Source: Candidatus Babeliales bacterium (GTDB taxonomy: Bacteria > Babelota > Babeliae > Babelales > RVW-14). From it: DNA of 64,000 bases. The notes below the pieces were generated by a model that searched no databases, was not told the DNA's origin, and worked only from the letters and a program-made list of their open reading frames with translations. The DNA lies in the NCBI GenBank assembly GCA_041671765.1, contig JBAZAX010000005.1, positions 2,260-66,259 of the forward strand. Reading direction: 5' to 3'. The position numbers and the translations under genes were made by a program. Of this stretch, positions 1 to 10,093 are shown one piece after another (positions within the stretch are counted from its first letter, which is position 1; each line of letters opens with the position of its first letter).

Positions 1-197
1 TCATTGAAAGTTTTATATCCATTATCAGGAACAACGTAGTCAGACATATCTATTTTATTACGTTTGATAAATGATTTAATAAAATGTCGACTTACGCTTG
101 TATCTGCAAACGCCCCACCCAATTGAGAGAACCAAATATAAGTCATGGGAAGACGAGCTAGTCTTCCCATGAAATTTTTATAAAAAAAATTGAGCAT
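1..197 (-). CDS. psd: phosphatidylserine decarboxylase proenzyme, N-terminal fragment (continues past window start)
   Basis: Own minus-strand translation from ATG 197: MLNFFYKNFMGRLARLPMTYIWFSQLGGAFADTSVSRHFIKSFIKRNKIDMSDYVVPDNGYKTFN. The ...F.K.Y.ID......Y.TFN layout is typical of Psd N-termini. Starts 9 nt after the bamA stop. Not in the ORF track because there is no stop inside the window. Confidence 0.55.
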   Translation of the reverse strand, partial: MLNFFYKNFMGRLARLPMTYIWFSQLGGAFADTSVSRHFIKSFIKRNKIDMSDYVVPDNGYKTFN

Positions 198-205
198 CAC
201 AACTC

Positions 206-2734
206 CTACCAGGCGTAATTCATGCTCAGGTGAAATTCGTAAGGAGATTCGCCCATGTTCTTTTTACGATCAAGTTTGAAACCCCAGTCAATTTTTGCGG
301 GGAACGGATTAACCAAATTTACACCAAATCCAATTGAATGTCGTAAATCAAACTTGTTTCGTGTTATATAATCTTTTGCATTAAGCGGTATATTCTTGGG
401 ACTCAATAATGGTTCGCCTTTTTCATTCGTAAGAGCAATTGGTGGGGTACTCCATCCACAACCTGCATCGTAGAAAACATGCCCCTTCATCGAATAATCT
501 GCAATCAGTGGGAATATTAACTCTGTTCCAAATAAAACAGCGTTTCTTGCACCAAGTGGCGCATCGCTAGGCCTCCATGCCGGACCAACACCGCCCCACA
601 AAAATCCTCTTACAGTATCTTGACCACCCATTTGGTAAAGTTCTTTGTACGGTATAGTTCGATTATCCAAACTACCAACTCGCCCGCCTCTGGCTCGCAT
701 TGCAAGAACAAGTGAATCCTGACCAATCAAAGCATAATACCAGCTCGCATCCAACTCAGCCTTAAAAAATCCAAAATTATTATTAATGGTTGTCGGTGCA
801 AGTTTTGTGGATAAAATAATTTTGTATCCATCGCTTGGATAAACTTTGTGATTTCGAGTATCTTTGACAAAATCAAGTCCAATCCAAGTTAAATCACCCG
901 CTTGAAATGTTCTATCTACAATAGGTTTAACCAAGACGCTGGTAGCTTCCGGATTATTATTTCTAATATGTTCATACCCAAGATCAACAACCATCTGTAA
1001 TCGTTTATCAATTTTGGTCAATGGAAAACCGAGGCGTAAATTAAACCCGGCAATTTTTTGTATTGGAGTATGGTTAACAGATCCTCCCCACTGGCTAAAT
1101 TCCATCCAGTGCCAATATGGATTCACAAACCCGGAAATGTTGGTATCAAAAATATGGGAGTCAGAAAAACTTCCCTCTAATCTTTGTAAATGGTGTCTAC
1201 TTGCCTGAACCATGGCACTTGTATCATATCCAAGTCCAAATAAATTATTTTTTTCAACATTAATAGATCCATGAAGGGACGGTTGCGGTGTAATTTTATC
1301 ACTACCATAACTTAAAGCTACATTCGCGTGACCTGTTTTAGCCTCCTGAACCATCATTTCAAGATCAGCCAAATCATCGGTGATACGATGAATTTTCCAA
1401 TCCACACCGCCTCGCTCAAAATATCCAAGATACTCTACCTGATTTTTTGATATGCGCATATTTCTACTCGTGATAAGATCGCCCTCATCAACATCAAGCT
1501 GACGACGGATAACTTTATCATGGGTATACTTGTTCCCGGTGATGTCAATCTTATTGACATACATTCTGTTGCCACGCTCAACATTAAAAGTTATATCTAC
1601 AACATTCTTTTCTTCATCAGGTTTAATTTGAGGATAGACATCAGCATAGATATAACCTTTCTTACCCCACAGCTCTCGAATTAAATTAATGGAATCTACA
1701 AGCTTGGCCTGCGAAAAAGGTTTACCTGATTCCAAGCTAACCAATGGCATAAGCTCGTCTTCACCATAAATTTCATCCCCAGGGGCACGAATATCCCGAA
1801 CAATAAATTGCGGACCTTCTTTGATATAAAAAGTTACGGTAACATCTTTTTCATTCCTAGAAAAATCAACCTTACTTTTATAAACCTTTGTCTGCAGATA
1901 TCCATTATCTCGATAAAAGTATTCAATACGATGCTTATCTATTTCCACTGCATCTTCGGCATAAGCTCCTGCACCATCGGAAAAACTAAGCAACCAGTCT
2001 TCTCTGGTAAAAATAGCTTTTCGCAATTTACGATCAGGAATATCTTTATTACCGGAGAAATAAACTCTTTTGACTAAGGACTTTGGACCCTCATTAATTT
2101 TAAATAATAAAACAACTTTATCAGCGTTATCTTTACTTGGAATAAGTTCAAAGTCTATATGTAACTTGTGTCTATTTTCTTCTTGATATGCTTTTTTTAT
2201 CTCCTTGATTAATTTTTGTGCTGATATTTCATCAATGGTACTAATTTTATCGACATTTAGATCTTCTCTTAATTTTTTAGTTGTAACGGCCTTGTTGCCT
2301 TTAAACTCTATTTTTTCAATCAATTTTTTTTCTTCGAGAATAACAACTAAATTCATTGATTCAGGCGAAAGTTGTTCACCCTCAAGTTGTACTTGTCTAA
2401 AATAACCAAGATCGCACAGATTATTGATTGCATCGGCACTTTTCACCGTATCAAAAACATCCCCAACTTTATATGGAATCCTGTTTAAGATTACAGGCGT
2501 TCCGACATTTTTATTACCTCTGACAATAATCTGATTAATTACCATCTTTGGCTTTTGTTCCACAGAATTCAATTCTGCTAAATCATCAGAAATAGGCATA
2601 TCTTGGTCTATTTGACTATGCCCAGACAGATCTTGTTTTGATTCAGCTTTAATGAAAACAAAATTTGAAGCCAAAAAGAACAGGCTTGAAATCGAAAAAA
2701 CTAAACTTAATATTTTTTTACTTTTAACTATCAT
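206..2734 (-). CDS. bamA: outer membrane protein assembly factor BamA
   Basis: 842 aa. Signal peptide, repeated POTRA-like modules (IIVRGNKNV, IEFKGNKAV, VYFSGNKDI, IDITGNKYTHDKVIRRQL), and a C-terminal beta-barrel ending in an aromatic residue (HLSMNYAW). Confidence 0.9.
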   Translation of the reverse strand: MIVKSKKILSLVFSISSLFFLASNFVFIKAESKQDLSGHSQIDQDMPISDDLAELNSVEQKPKMVINQIIVRGNKNVGTPVILNRIPYKVGDVFDTVKSADAINNLCDLGYFRQVQLEGEQLSPESMNLVVILEEKKLIEKIEFKGNKAVTTKKLREDLNVDKISTIDEISAQKLIKEIKKAYQEENRHKLHIDFELIPSKDNADKVVLLFKINEGPKSLVKRVYFSGNKDIPDRKLRKAIFTREDWLLSFSDGAGAYAEDAVEIDKHRIEYFYRDNGYLQTKVYKSKVDFSRNEKDVTVTFYIKEGPQFIVRDIRAPGDEIYGEDELMPLVSLESGKPFSQAKLVDSINLIRELWGKKGYIYADVYPQIKPDEEKNVVDITFNVERGNRMYVNKIDITGNKYTHDKVIRRQLDVDEGDLITSRNMRISKNQVEYLGYFERGGVDWKIHRITDDLADLEMMVQEAKTGHANVALSYGSDKITPQPSLHGSINVEKNNLFGLGYDTSAMVQASRHHLQRLEGSFSDSHIFDTNISGFVNPYWHWMEFSQWGGSVNHTPIQKIAGFNLRLGFPLTKIDKRLQMVVDLGYEHIRNNNPEATSVLVKPIVDRTFQAGDLTWIGLDFVKDTRNHKVYPSDGYKIILSTKLAPTTINNNFGFFKAELDASWYYALIGQDSLVLAMRARGGRVGSLDNRTIPYKELYQMGGQDTVRGFLWGGVGPAWRPSDAPLGARNAVLFGTELIFPLIADYSMKGHVFYDAGCGWSTPPIALTNEKGEPLLSPKNIPLNAKDYITRNKFDLRHSIGFGVNLVNPFPAKIDWGFKLDRKKNMGESPYEFHLSMNYAW

Positions 2735-2922
2735 TCACGTCTCCTGCACGACCGATTGATCAATTGATAAAAAAGAGGTGCTGTAGGTTTCTATGATACC
2801 CTGTCAGCAAAAAAAAGCTACGTTTTATTGAAATTTATTGAAATAATGATAACTAATTCTTTAGAATGTTCTTAGAAGAATTGATTTTAAAATTGGGGGA
2901 AATCCGAGAAGAGGGGATGTAA

Positions 2923-4263
2923 ATGATAAAAATTAGATTATTCTTACTACTTTTAATTATCATGATTTACAATCTATCGATAAATACTTTAAAATCCGCA
3001 AATCCAAATATTTTTAAACAAATTTTAACTGATCTGCAACAAAATCAAAGTCCGGAAATAATTGATCTTTTAAAACAAGCGGAACAAAAAGCTGAAAACT
3101 TAGAAAATCAAACGGACTTAAGAGTAAAAAAATTACAAGAAGAAGCAACTGAAGAAGTCACACAAATAAATAACAATCTTGAAAAAGATATAGAAGCTAT
3201 TTCCCAAGACGCACAGGCTGAAACAGCACTAATTAAAAAATCCGCCATTCAAGAGACACAAGAATTAACCGGAGAGGCAAAACAAGAACTAAACATAATT
3301 AATAACAAAATAAAAGCAGATATACTAAAATTTAAAAAAGATGCAGCATTGAAGATTCTTGAAATAATAGATAAAGCTGATGAAGAGGCACTTAAAATCC
3401 GAAAAGCTCAACGCGAACAAATGACCTTGGATAATTTACAAAAATCAATCGATCAAATTCCATCAGTTGAGATGCATAATCTGGCAAAATATTCAATCAA
3501 CCTTGACCCCATACCGAAAAACTTGAAGATTTCAGCTGAAAATGAATTTAATTCCAATACGGGATTTCTGCAAAAAATAATCTTGGACGCAGAAGACCCA
3601 ACCCAAATAAATGATTTTATGAATACATTTGAAAAACAAAAAATCTGGTTTGACAAGACTTTACGCTCATCAAAATACTTATCTGACCCAAATTACACCC
3701 AAATTATAAACAAACACTCTCAATTAGATTCTATCGCAACGGCAATAAAAAAATCCGATTCCATCATTGAAATTTTAGAACTAAGCGCAGCACAAAAAAA
3801 ACAAATTCGATTAAAGTTTCTTTATGAAATCAATTCTATGCAAAAACAAAAACCTATATCTGATAATGATATAAGAACACTTACAATTAATATAATTGAA
3901 GAAATCAGTGGCAAAAAAGCCAGCGAATTCCCGGAACTGAAATTAGCAAAAGTACAATTCAGGGAGAAGGCTGAAAAATTAGGGCATCAGATGTTTGAAC
4001 TTCAACTTACAAATAAAGAATTATTAAATAAAGTTGATGAAAATCAAAAAATAACAACCGATATGAAAAAATTAATATCCGAGTTAGGCACCCAAAAAAA
4101 AGAATGCCTGAACAAAATAGAATTGACTGAACAAGTATATGACTCCAAAATCAAAGAACAATCAACTTTTAAAATTGAACAGGAAAATAAAAATAAAATT
4201 GACTTGGAAATTCAAATATCCGAAAAAGAAATGGCCAACAAATTAAAAAACTCAAAAAATTAG
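2923..4263 (+). CDS. secreted or membrane-anchored coiled-coil protein, function unknown
   Basis: 446 aa. Hydrophobic N-terminus, then long K/E/Q-rich heptad-like sequence. No catalytic motif recognised. Confidence 0.6.
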   Translation: MIKIRLFLLLLIIMIYNLSINTLKSANPNIFKQILTDLQQNQSPEIIDLLKQAEQKAENLENQTDLRVKKLQEEATEEVTQINNNLEKDIEAISQDAQAETALIKKSAIQETQELTGEAKQELNIINNKIKADILKFKKDAALKILEIIDKADEEALKIRKAQREQMTLDNLQKSIDQIPSVEMHNLAKYSINLDPIPKNLKISAENEFNSNTGFLQKIILDAEDPTQINDFMNTFEKQKIWFDKTLRSSKYLSDPNYTQIINKHSQLDSIATAIKKSDSIIEILELSAAQKKQIRLKFLYEINSMQKQKPISDNDIRTLTINIIEEISGKKASEFPELKLAKVQFREKAEKLGHQMFELQLTNKELLNKVDENQKITTDMKKLISELGTQKKECLNKIELTEQVYDSKIKEQSTFKIEQENKNKIDLEIQISEKEMANKLKNSKN

Positions 4264-4491
4264 CATACTGTAAATTTAATAAGAATATGATTTTGTTAAA
4301 AAATGGGCTTTTCGAATTAAACCATGTTTATAAGCACAAGTACTACAATTTTTAGTTTTTTTAAAAATGCTTAGGACATTAATAGTTCTTATGCTACCAT
4401 AAAATATAGAGAAGGGTTTACCATGTCTGATTGTCGTAAAATTTAAGCTTCAAGATAATTAGAGCAAAAACCTAGAAAAAGAGGAGATTGC

Positions 4492-4674
4492 ATGAAGTGT
4501 CCTAAGTGTGGAGGTTTACTGGTTGTTCAGTCATTCTTTGATCACTTCATCAATTTCGAGGGCTGGAAATGTATAAACTGTGGTAAAATCATAGAAAAAA
4601 AAGAAAATACATTAAAAGATGACGCGTTCAGTCTGTTCTATCAGCGTCAAAAGTTAAAAAAACAACACGAATAA
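4492..4674 (+). CDS. small zinc-ribbon protein
   Basis: 60 aa with two CxxC pairs (CPKCG, CINCG). GAGGAG Shine-Dalgarno about 5 nt upstream. Stops 4 nt before tsaB. Confidence 0.6.
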   Translation: MKCPKCGGLLVVQSFFDHFINFEGWKCINCGKIIEKKENTLKDDAFSLFYQRQKLKKQHE

Positions 4675-4678
4675 ATTT

Positions 4679-5383
4679 ATGCCAGTTAGATTTGTCAGCA
4701 TTCACGGAACACATAATAAACTCGATATCGCACTATTTCAAGACCAAAACTGTCTGGATTCCGTAACAAAATTAGATACACGGGCAAGCTCAAGCCTTCT
4801 TCCATTTTTGGACTCACTTTTAAAAAAGCATACCTTATCACTTACGGATTTATCTTTTATAGCTGTGGACAAAGGCCCCGGGGCTTTTACATCACTTCGT
4901 GTTACGATAACAACCGTCAATGGCATTGCTTTTAATAACAAAATTCCATTGATAGGAATCAGCGGCCTTGATGCACTGACAAAAGAAGTCTTGACCTCGA
5001 CTCCAAATTCCCAAAGTTTCCAAAATATCGTCACGCTTCTCAATGCTTACAACAACGAAGCCTACTTCTTAGTTTCAAAAACTGACAACAAAAACATACT
5101 TGAATCAACACAAGGCTGCCAAAATATAGATATCTTACTCGATGACATAAAATCAAAATTTAAAGACTCGAAAATCTTATTTTGCGGCCAGGGCAGCCAA
5201 CTTTACAAAACCAATATCAAACACTTATTTGCAGATCAAGCTATAATTCTTGATGAACCATTACTTGCCAGCGCTAAGATTATCGGCCAAATGGGGTATG
5301 AATGCTGGTTGAAAAAAGAAAATATAGAAAATCAGATTACGCCACTGTATCTAAAAACGCAGTATTTTGCGATCAGAAAATAA
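4679..5383 (+). CDS. tsaB: tRNA t6A37 biosynthesis protein TsaB (YeaZ family)
   Basis: 234 aa. ...IAVDKGPGAFTSLRVTITTVNGIAF... matches the GPGSFTGLR signature region of TsaB. Confidence 0.8.
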   Translation: MPVRFVSIHGTHNKLDIALFQDQNCLDSVTKLDTRASSSLLPFLDSLLKKHTLSLTDLSFIAVDKGPGAFTSLRVTITTVNGIAFNNKIPLIGISGLDALTKEVLTSTPNSQSFQNIVTLLNAYNNEAYFLVSKTDNKNILESTQGCQNIDILLDDIKSKFKDSKILFCGQGSQLYKTNIKHLFADQAIILDEPLLASAKIIGQMGYECWLKKENIENQITPLYLKTQYFAIRK

Positions 5384-5385
5384 AA

Positions 5386-6177
5386 TTATCTGGCACTTCT
5401 TACTCCACCCAACCCAACAATAACAGCCTCACGTGCCCGTAATATTGTCGGAGTAAGCGCATAAGTTTCAAAGCCCAGATCAGATAATTGCTTTTCTTCC
5501 AAACTCGTCAAGCCACCCTCTGGACCAAAAAATAAAGATATATGTAAATCCGTCGCAGTTTTAATTTTTTGAAGTAAATCAACAAAGCATGCCCCGCTTG
5601 GATCAAAATAAATTTTTAGATTTTGCACGCCACCGAATTTCCGGGCTTGGGATATCCGACCTTCAGATAATTCTAGATCAACATCCTGAATTTTAACGGG
5701 CTCACAAATTTCGGGTAAAAAAAAGTTTTTTGACTGCTCGCATGCAGCCACCATTATATTAAAAAGTCTTTCTCGCTCTTTCTTTTCGCCCCAAGAGCGT
5801 TGCACTTTATCAGACAAAACTGGAATAATTTTATTAACACCCATCTGAGCTGCCGCATACACTACATCTTCGAACGCATCTTTTTTCAAAAGGCACGGCA
5901 TCAACGTTATATTCGGCTTGAGAGCTTGATTAGGATTCACAGATTCAATATGTAGAGCTAAAAGCTCTTTTTTAGCAAATGTTTTTTCCAAAACAACTGC
6001 TGCCGCATTGATATGCTCATCAAATAGCAACAGTTTTTCGCCAACCCTTAAACGCAGAACCTTAGTAAGTCTCTGCCATAAGTCACGATCAGAAAACTCA
6101 ACCTGGCAATCGCTGCCACCGGAAACATACATGGATAAATTTTTACAAAATAAAGTAAAAAGATGTTGTTCGTTCAT
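5386..6177 (-). CDS. rsmE: 16S rRNA (uracil1498-N3)-methyltransferase RsmE
   Basis: 263 aa. C-terminal FFGPEGGLTSLEE ... ILRAREA matches the RsmE GPEGG / ILRtETA region. Confidence 0.85.
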   Translation of the reverse strand: MNEQHLFTLFCKNLSMYVSGGSDCQVEFSDRDLWQRLTKVLRLRVGEKLLLFDEHINAAAVVLEKTFAKKELLALHIESVNPNQALKPNITLMPCLLKKDAFEDVVYAAAQMGVNKIIPVLSDKVQRSWGEKKERERLFNIMVAACEQSKNFFLPEICEPVKIQDVDLELSEGRISQARKFGGVQNLKIYFDPSGACFVDLLQKIKTATDLHISLFFGPEGGLTSLEEKQLSDLGFETYALTPTILRAREAVIVGLGGVRSAR

Positions 6178-6179
6178 GC

Positions 6180-6608
6180 TTAATTTTTAGGCGCATCAAC
6201 CTTTTTATTTTTTTGATTAAAATAATAGACAAGCACCACAGCCAAAGCTGTTGCACCCGCAGCCGCTCCACATATATATTTACGTTTATTTTTTGAAACA
6301 TGTTTTATTGCCAAATTTTTAAGTTCACCGGTTGTTATCGCAAACCATAGTAACTGTAACTTGTCGCTAAACGTTAAATCTTTTAGTGAATAATCCTTTT
6401 CGACTAAATCAATCTCATCTACAGAAATATCACTCAAAGAAAGTTCGTCCACAGAAACTGTACCCGAAGAAATATCCTCAGCTAATTTATCAACAGACTC
6501 CTGTAAAACACATTCTGCTTCAATCTGGTCAACAGCCTGCAAAAACCCAGAGCCCAAACAAATAGAAAATAAAAAGCTCCAGCATAATATTGCCAAATAA
6601 TGCTTCAT
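6180..6608 (-). CDS. hypothetical membrane protein
   Basis: 142 aa. Signal peptide, acidic middle, C-terminal TM helix (ICGAAAGATALAVVLVYYF). Abuts rsmE. Confidence 0.55.
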   Translation of the reverse strand: MKHYLAILCWSFLFSICLGSGFLQAVDQIEAECVLQESVDKLAEDISSGTVSVDELSLSDISVDEIDLVEKDYSLKDLTFSDKLQLLWFAITTGELKNLAIKHVSKNKRKYICGAAAGATALAVVLVYYFNQKNKKVDAPKN

Positions 6609-6735
6609 AGTGTTACCCTTTTTAAAATTAACAAAATTCGAATTTTAAACATGTTATATTTTAGACTGAACATATGATGCATTGTACCGTAAAATAAGTT
6701 TTTTTGAAAATATATCAAAATTAAAGCGATTTACC

Positions 6736-8382
6736 ATGAATAAAACAGATAAAACCCCGCCAATAATGCTTGTAATTCTTGACGGTTTTGGCCACAGCCC
6801 CCAATCACCGGGCAACGCCGTAGCTCATGCCAAAATACCTTTCTGGGACTGGCTAACGCAAAACTATCCCCACACTCTTTTGCGCGCAGCAGGCGAAGCC
6901 GTTGGATTGCCCCCTAGATACATGGGCAACTCGGAAGTCGGACACCTAACAATCGGCTCCGGCCGTGTTGTTGAATCTATTCTCAAGAAATTTCATGATG
7001 AAATTATTAGCAATAGGTTTTTTGAAAATAAAATGTTAATAAAAAATTTTAATAAGTTAAGAGATACAGGCAAAGCACTTCACCTGATTGGCCTACTCTC
7101 GGACGGAGGGGTGCATAGCCACGAATCTCACCTATATGCTTTTTTAAAATTGGCAAAAAATTTGGGTCTCCAAAATGTCTTCATTCATGTAATCCTTGAC
7201 GGCCGAGATGTGGCTCCAAAAAGCGCTTCTATTTATCTCAACAGATTAGAAGACGAATGTAAAAAGCTAAACTGTGGCAAAATTGCAAGTGTATCCGGTC
7301 GATTTTATGCCATGGACCGAGACAATAACTGGGACAGAACGAAACAGTACTATGATATGCTAGTCAGCACACCCCCCACAGACCCAAACCTTACAAATAC
7401 CAAAACTATAAATGCACTCACAGATTACACCATGCCATACAACTGGCAAACAGTTCTCGATTGTGCCCACACCGCCGGCATAACCGACGAATTCGTCAGG
7501 CCAACCCTACTTGAAACCAAGGGATTAATCAAGCCAGACGACGGCATTGTTTTCTTCAACTTCAGACCTGACCGCGCACAACAAATAACAGAAAGTTTTA
7601 TCAACCCAAATTTTGATAAATTCCCAGTGCAAAAGCTGTGCAGCACAAATCATGAACTTGCATTCTTCATAACGCCAACCAGGTATAATCAAGATTTTAC
7701 AAAATTTAATAATGACGTTTTGTTTGAACGTGAAAAAATCACAAACACTCTTCTGGACGTGCTTGCTCAAAAATCAGCCCCAGAGAATAAAATTCGAAAA
7801 GTGTTTATAATCGCAGAAACTGAAAAATATGCTCACGTAACATACTTTTTTCATGGAATGCAAGATCATCAAGCCCCAAATGAAACTAGAGTCTTAATTC
7901 CATCAATCAAAACCCAAAACTATATCAATTATCCTGAAATGCGTGCAAACGAAATAACAGAAACTGTTTTAAACTCGCTAAAGACAGAAGCGGCAGATTT
8001 TTATCTGATTAATTATGCCAACGCCGACATGGTTGGGCACTCCGGAAATTTTGACGCAACGGTTAAGGCGTGTGAGTGCTTGGACAAGCAACTTGAACAA
8101 CTGTACAAAGTTTTTGTTGAAAAAATGAACGGAACAATGTTTATCACTGCTGACCATGGTAATGCCGAAGAAAAAATAGATCCTGCAACCGACACACCTC
8201 TTACGGCACACACCCAAAATCCGGTGCCTTTTGTTCTTGTAAACAAAGATATGCAGAGCAAGCAAAACCTCAACTGGCCAATCAATCCCAAATTTGGCAT
8301 CTCAAGTATTGCACCAACTATACTAAATTTTATAGGGTTAAAAGAACCAAAAGAGATGACTGGGGGAAAAATAGAGTTTTAA
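6736..8382 (+). CDS. gpmI: 2,3-bisphosphoglycerate-independent phosphoglycerate mutase
   Basis: LVILDGFGHS, GNSEVGHL and ADHGNAE motifs. The track ORF starts at TTG 6682; the ATG at 6736 (MNKTDKTPPIMLVILDG) gives the usual N-terminus. Confidence 0.9.
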   Translation: MNKTDKTPPIMLVILDGFGHSPQSPGNAVAHAKIPFWDWLTQNYPHTLLRAAGEAVGLPPRYMGNSEVGHLTIGSGRVVESILKKFHDEIISNRFFENKMLIKNFNKLRDTGKALHLIGLLSDGGVHSHESHLYAFLKLAKNLGLQNVFIHVILDGRDVAPKSASIYLNRLEDECKKLNCGKIASVSGRFYAMDRDNNWDRTKQYYDMLVSTPPTDPNLTNTKTINALTDYTMPYNWQTVLDCAHTAGITDEFVRPTLLETKGLIKPDDGIVFFNFRPDRAQQITESFINPNFDKFPVQKLCSTNHELAFFITPTRYNQDFTKFNNDVLFEREKITNTLLDVLAQKSAPENKIRKVFIIAETEKYAHVTYFFHGMQDHQAPNETRVLIPSIKTQNYINYPEMRANEITETVLNSLKTEAADFYLINYANADMVGHSGNFDATVKACECLDKQLEQLYKVFVEKMNGTMFITADHGNAEEKIDPATDTPLTAHTQNPVPFVLVNKDMQSKQNLNWPINPKFGISSIAPTILNFIGLKEPKEMTGGKIEF

Positions 8383-8409
8383 GTTTATTGGAAAAAAGGA
8401 GAGAAAGTA

Positions 8410-10047
8410 ATGAAGCTAAGCAAATATTTAGCACTACTATTTTCATTAAATTTTGTATTTTGTTATCAAAATGTGTTTTCGGAAAAAATATACCTTCTAG
8501 CTCATCCCACAAATTTTATCGTCGGAGAAATTACAAAAGGAGAAAACAAATTCAATGAAAAAACAATTACAGAGCTCTATAGCTTTGGTAATAATTTCAA
8601 TATCGTACACATTAATGCATATGGACTTGACCAAGCTGAAATTTGGCCAGAAGCAACAAAGGAAAAAATAGAAAATATTAAAAAGGTTTCCCTAGAATTT
8701 CAAGATGAAACAATAAAAGAGTATTTAATTAATAATGAAAAAAATACGGTTGGAATGTTAAAAAACGATATTACAAATCTCAAAGAATGGGCTGATCTCA
8801 AAACCCTTTTCCCTCAAAAAGGAACAGTCTACGGTTTTGAGGCCTTTAAACGCCCTGCATATCAAATATTTTCCGATGGCAAAGAATTAGCTGATGATAC
8901 TGAATTAGTTAATGGCATGAAACTTGTATTGGGAATAAAAAATGAAAAATGGGATATGGAATTAGTTTTTCTAGATGAGACAAACAAATCTATAGCAAAA
9001 ATTCCAGCTAAGATCATGAATCTGGACACAGTAAATTGGTTAAAATACCAAATAGCAATCATGCTTGGCATTGGATATGGCTCAGAAACTTATAATAAAA
9101 TAAATATGCAACCCAATGCTGAAGAAAATTTTAAGCCAGAGGATACCAGCGAATCATTTCACAAACTGGGTTACGATAAAAAAACAAAATCTATATATAT
9201 AAAAGGATTAAACAAACAAGATTTACAACCTATCTTAAGTCCAGGAAAAATATTTATCGATTGGGGCACGGTTGCATCATTAACACATGAATTCATAACA
9301 ACAAATAATATTGTCGGCCAAGATCCTGCAACAACCAGTTTAATAAAAAATTTTGCAATACCCATCATTGAAGAGATTCAAAAAAACAGTCACGAAAAAA
9401 ATTTAATTGATGGAATAATAAAAGACGGAATAACGGCCTATCTTTTAGGTAAATTATTATATTTAACTATAAAACCAAACAACATGGAAACCATTCAAGA
9501 ACAAAATATTTCCAATGATCTTGATAAAATTTCCACAAAAATAATTGAACTCAAATCTGAATTTCTAAAGTTAAAAGATACATACGATACAACAGAAGTT
9601 GATTTAAATGCATTACTAACACACATAACTCCCAAAATAATTGAACGCATTAAGCTTATCCTAGATTTAGCCGTTGAGTTTGGACAACAAGGTGATAAAA
9701 AAGAAGATGCTAAAAATAAAATTGCTTCTAGAATTTTTGATCGTGCATTTCAATACGAAGAGCTCCCAAAAAATCTGGCTAACTGTTTTGTAGGCTACTA
9801 TAACAAAATTATTGGAAAAAATGATTCAAAAAAAATATTATCTGTTTTTCATTTTTCCTGGATTCCAGATATTTATAAGGGTGCCAATTCTGCAACAATT
9901 AGGTCCGCCCCTCTTACAAAAGCAAACGAACCAAAAGAGAACCCTTTGATCCCAAAATTACGCCAACTTAGTAATAATCTCGCTGAATTAAAAACTAAGT
10001 TACAACAATTAAATCAAAAATTAGAAACTCTAAGATCGCGTTTATAA
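8410..10047 (+). CDS. secreted protein of unknown function (paralog of the next gene), C-terminal coiled coil
   Basis: 545 aa with a signal peptide (MKLSKYLALLFSLNFVFCYQNVFS). Its C-terminal half aligns by eye with ORF 10094-10990. Confidence 0.7.
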   Translation: MKLSKYLALLFSLNFVFCYQNVFSEKIYLLAHPTNFIVGEITKGENKFNEKTITELYSFGNNFNIVHINAYGLDQAEIWPEATKEKIENIKKVSLEFQDETIKEYLINNEKNTVGMLKNDITNLKEWADLKTLFPQKGTVYGFEAFKRPAYQIFSDGKELADDTELVNGMKLVLGIKNEKWDMELVFLDETNKSIAKIPAKIMNLDTVNWLKYQIAIMLGIGYGSETYNKINMQPNAEENFKPEDTSESFHKLGYDKKTKSIYIKGLNKQDLQPILSPGKIFIDWGTVASLTHEFITTNNIVGQDPATTSLIKNFAIPIIEEIQKNSHEKNLIDGIIKDGITAYLLGKLLYLTIKPNNMETIQEQNISNDLDKISTKIIELKSEFLKLKDTYDTTEVDLNALLTHITPKIIERIKLILDLAVEFGQQGDKKEDAKNKIASRIFDRAFQYEELPKNLANCFVGYYNKIIGKNDSKKILSVFHFSWIPDIYKGANSATIRSAPLTKANEPKENPLIPKLRQLSNNLAELKTKLQQLNQKLETLRSRL

Positions 10048-10093
10048 AGTGTTTGGTAGTCAGTTAAAAAATGGAAAAAGGAAGGAACTTGGT

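Noticed and set aside
148-169. Perfect 8-bp inverted repeat GGGAAGAC-gagcta-GTCTTCCC just inside the psd start, 40 nt after the bamA stop
   Set aside because: It lies within the psd coding sequence (codons 10-17), is not followed by a T-tract on the transcribed strand, and is a single occurrence. It could modulate bamA-psd coupling, but I have no support for calling it a terminator or attenuator.
6682-6735. N-terminal extensions in the ORF track (6682, 10049, 19037, 23770, 31139, 33593, 37662, 41902, 49561, 52964, 56302)
   Set aside because: These start at TTG or GTG or upstream ATG codons. They overlap neighbouring genes or repeats, or add non-homologous residues before a canonical N-terminus or signal peptide. 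Downstream ATGs with better RBS spacing were preferred, but the true starts remain unverified.
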